DNA of 64,000 nucleotides, taken from the NCBI GenBank assembly GCA_964016885.1, contig OZ024743.1, positions 65,162,001 through 65,226,000 on the forward strand, in the 5' to 3' direction. Under the pieces are notes generated by a model that ran no database searches, was not told the origin of the DNA, and was given only the letters and a program-made list of their open reading frames with translations. The DNA is from Eledone cirrhosa (taxonomy: Eukaryota). Each line of letters opens with the position of its first letter. Positions within the stretch are counted from its first letter, which is position 1. Shown here in pieces: positions 60,863 through 64,000 of the stretch. The position numbers were made by a program, and so were the translations under genes.

Positions 60863-61514
60863 ATAATCTCTCTATATAGAGAAATCTAAATGCTATATAT
60901 AGATAATATAGATTCTATAAGATATAGAAAATATAGTAATTATTATATAGAAAATATAGTAATTATTACAAAATGGTCCAATATAGTTGCTAATAATTTG
61001 ATTAGTTGTAAAAAGTCTTCTAAAATGCTGTAAGTTCACTGTGTGAGTGTGTGTGTGTGTGTGTGTGTGCGCTCTCTAGTTTCTTTCAGTGAAAGTGTCG
61101 TGTTTCAGTGACCTTTAGTTTTGATGATACTAAAAGTATGAACTGTCTCAACTCTAAAGTAATTTTGATAAATTCTACTAAGTGAGAGTTACTGTTAAAA
61201 AATAACAAAGAAAAACAGAGAGAGATTTCCAGCAGATTTTCTGATCTACAACAGTTCACAAATAGTTCATTCCAGTTCATTGCTAGAATGTTTCAGGTTC
61301 CTTTTCCTGGATTTCAAATTTTGAAGCCAAGAGTTTGAAGGAGATTATTTGTGTAAATTAGGTTAGTCAAAGTGATAATGATACATGCAGTTGAACTGTG
61401 GCTTTAAGGGTATCAGGAAAGGGTAAAGCTGATTGAAAAAAAAAAAATGCATAAAAATGTTGAAATTTCATCTCCATAATTGTGATATACCATCATCCCT
61501 TGTGCCCCCCCCCA

Positions 61515-61593
<79 letters not shown>

Positions 61594-61714
61594 ATATATA
61601 TATATATATACCACACACCTCCCACGTCCTAACACTTCACCCCTCACACATGCCCATATACTCACCTTACTAATCCCTACACACCCTTCCCACCAAAACC
61701 ACCAGCCCACACTG

Positions 61715-61825
61715 TAATGGGGTTGTGTAGGTGTCACGGCAAAAAGCACCCTTTACACACTAAATGTGGTTGGCATTAGGAAGGGCATCCAGTTGTAGGA
61801 ACCAAGCCAAAATCAGTTCTGTATA
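61715..61825 (+). mobile_element. SINE/RTE 3' tail fragment
   Basis: ggcaaaaagcacc..ggttggcattaggaagggcatccag matches 16120-16210. Confidence 0.7.
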
Positions 61826-61991
61826 AACAAGAAATGAAAGAAAACTCACTCTCGTCTTCCTCTAAGCATGAAACTAATATGACTTTATGTTATTGCATCC
61901 TCTTTGTTTCCTTGTTTTATACTCCGACTCGGATTACCTATGGACTCTGACTCTGGGACCTTTTGAACTATATATATATATATATACACAC

Positions 61992-62573
61992 ATGAAACAT
62001 CGTCCCCCACTCTCAAGCGTGAACCTAATACCAACACTGTTCATACTGCACTCTTTGTTATTGTTTTTGTTTTTTTACTTTGATATTTACCACGCTTACA
62101 CGGCCATCTACATCACCTCTGGACTACTTAGCATGGATTACCATTACCACCGATCCACCAGTCTTCCGTAGGATTTCTACCTTTGGCTCAACCCTGATCC
62201 AGTTCGCTGTGACTAACCTCTTGACTTTCTCCCAAAAACTTTTTCTCTTTCAGTCTCCTGTTTGTCTCTGATTTTTTTTGTTTATGATTTTTCTGTTTAT
62301 TTTTTTCTTGTTTATGATATTTTTGTATTGATTTTTTCGTTCTTATTTCCTTACCTGTCTCTGTTTCCTCACACCCTTTCACCACTTGTTTTAATTTTAA
62401 TTTTTTCCCCCTCTTTTTAATGTCTTCCCCCTCACACCCTCTTGGAACTCTTTTCCTTCCTACCTTTCTCCTGATGAAGGGCTTATGCCTGAAATCCCCC
62501 CCCCCCCTCTCAAGTGTGAACCTGATACCAACACTGTTCGTACTGCTCTCTTTGTTATTGTTTTCGTTTTTTA

Positions 62574-62580
<7 letters not shown>
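61992..62580 (+). mobile_element. Non-coding partial-tandem pLTR unit with degenerate HHR core (62471-62495)
   Basis: About 90-bp terminal direct repeat ctctcaag(c/t)gtgaacct..ttacttt. Core CTGATGAAGGGCTTATGCCTGAAA. Related to 26908-27328. Confidence 0.7.
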
Positions 62581-62611
<31 letters not shown>

Positions 62612-62791
62612 GAAGAGTGGAGACCCGGCAGCTGAGCTCCTGCTGTTTCAACAGCTTGTTCCAGATTCACACACGCACACACACATATCAGATAGGGTGT
62701 GGCAAAAAACCAGATGGACTATAACCCACCAGAGTACGATACTTGGGGTAGTAGAGTGGGTAATATGAAAAGATTCAGGGGTTCTGAATCT

Positions 62792-62827
<36 letters not shown>

Positions 62828-63138
62828 ATGATATAGAAAAAACACAGTTATATTACATGAACAGGCAAATACATTGTTAACTTGTGAGCTAATTTGCTAT
62901 GTATGTGTTAAAATAAATATAAATTTTATATTTTACCTATGGTCATTAAAAATTTGAATTTATTATATATTTGTCTTTTGTGTTGCAATTTATCTCTAAT
63001 CCATCCTATGTAGATTGTATGATAGTTACTGAACTGTTAACATCATGTAATCACTTAGCAGAAATCATCATTGTTAATTTAAATGTTATAGTATATTTAC
63101 TTGTGGAAATTTACAGTTAACTAAAGCAAATTCTTTAA

Positions 63139-63347
63139 CCCTTTACTCTATATTTACTATTGTATTTTCACGGTAAACGTTTTATCTCACACAATTATCT
63201 CACATAATATTAAATCTAAGAGATTTTGATGTTATTCATTTTGAGAACAATGCCTTAACAGTGGTATGAGTGGCGAATTATGGCTGGTTTGAACAGAAAG
63301 AGGTGAGAGAATTCTAGCCAGATAGAGCCTGTTTAAATGCTAAAGGG
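63139..63347. mobile_element. piggyBac-type MITE
   Basis: TTAA|CCCTTTA ... TAAAGGG|TTAA. Confidence 0.8.
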
Positions 63348-63871
63348 TTAATATTTAATGTGATGCAGCCATAGTGCTATTTTGTACTTTTCAACAATGT
63401 TTTATACTGCCATGGTTTGTTGATTCAAATGTTTACAATATTTTTACTAACTGCTAGTCATGGGCAAATATTTGGCTTTCTAATTTCAAAATTGCTTGGA
63501 ATTTTTTAGCAGTGTGGTCCACCTTATCATGAGCCATATCCTATATGACCCACTGCTCAAAAGAAGTAGCTCATATCTCTACTAGATTAATGTGATGCAG
63601 TCACAGTGCTGTTTTGTACTTTTCTAGAATGTCTTGCTAATGTGGTTTCATGTGGTACAGGATGTTAAGAATTAATTAATAGTTTTTTTATTTTTATTAG
63701 TGTCTTGCCAATGTGGTTTCATGTGGTACAGGATGTTAAGAATTAATTCATAGTTGTTTTTTAGCCCTAGGCTATCTCTGAAGGAGCAGACTTATAATCA
63801 AAACTATTCCAGTTGTGACCATCATGAAGCATGGTATAGTGGTAAACAATAAATATTAAATTGCTAGCTTA

Positions 63872-63970
63872 GGTGGAGGCATGGTTACATTGTTAAGTAG
63901 GCTGCTTCAAAACCATGTGGTTATGGGTTAGAACCCTCTACACAGCACCTTCGGTAAATGTCTTCTACTT
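63872..63970 (+). mobile_element. Degenerate tRNA-derived SINE head
   Basis: ggaggcatggt..ccatgtggtt..gggttagaaccc..gcaccttcggtaaatgtcttctact. Confidence 0.6.
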
Positions 63971-64000
63971 AACCCTTTCATGATTACGTTTGATATATAA

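Noticed and set aside
62605-62800. Island with hairpins and a GAAAC, possible ribozyme
   Set aside because: No properly placed CUGAnGA core with pairing stems.
63355-63760. Short direct repeats with spacers resembling CRISPR (also the 36-bp duplication near 36656-36731)
   Set aside because: Only two copies each, eukaryotic context and no cas genes; local duplications.

Overview
This is AT-rich, microsatellite-laden animal genomic DNA, probably cephalopod/octopus. That assignment is inferred from the CORE-type and Meta-type tRNA-SINEs, RTE elements with (GAT)n tails and abundant (TA)n. I see no host gene; the window is a nest of transposable elements. It holds about six Penelope-like elements (PLEs) of three RT types plus solo pseudo-LTRs (pLTRs), a head-to-tail Tx1 LINE array, several RTE fragments, a Vingi LINE and one full-length Gypsy LTR element. 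It also holds two Helitron remnants, a SPIN/Buster-type hAT, a hATm, piggyBac-type MITEs and SINEs. Two features stand out. First, there are about 11 type I hammerhead ribozyme (HHR) motifs from about six unrelated pLTR families, several with non-canonical stem II bases and palindromic stem III loops. Second, at the left edge is a PLE with an unusual layout: HHR, then AATAAA, then a ~448-codon coiled-coil-like ORF1, then a U-UUU-UUA slippery site giving -1 entry into an ATG-less RT frame (IINLSKRDLDNDE) that runs off the window. All calls come from reading motifs by eye; clade names are inferences and no database searches were run.
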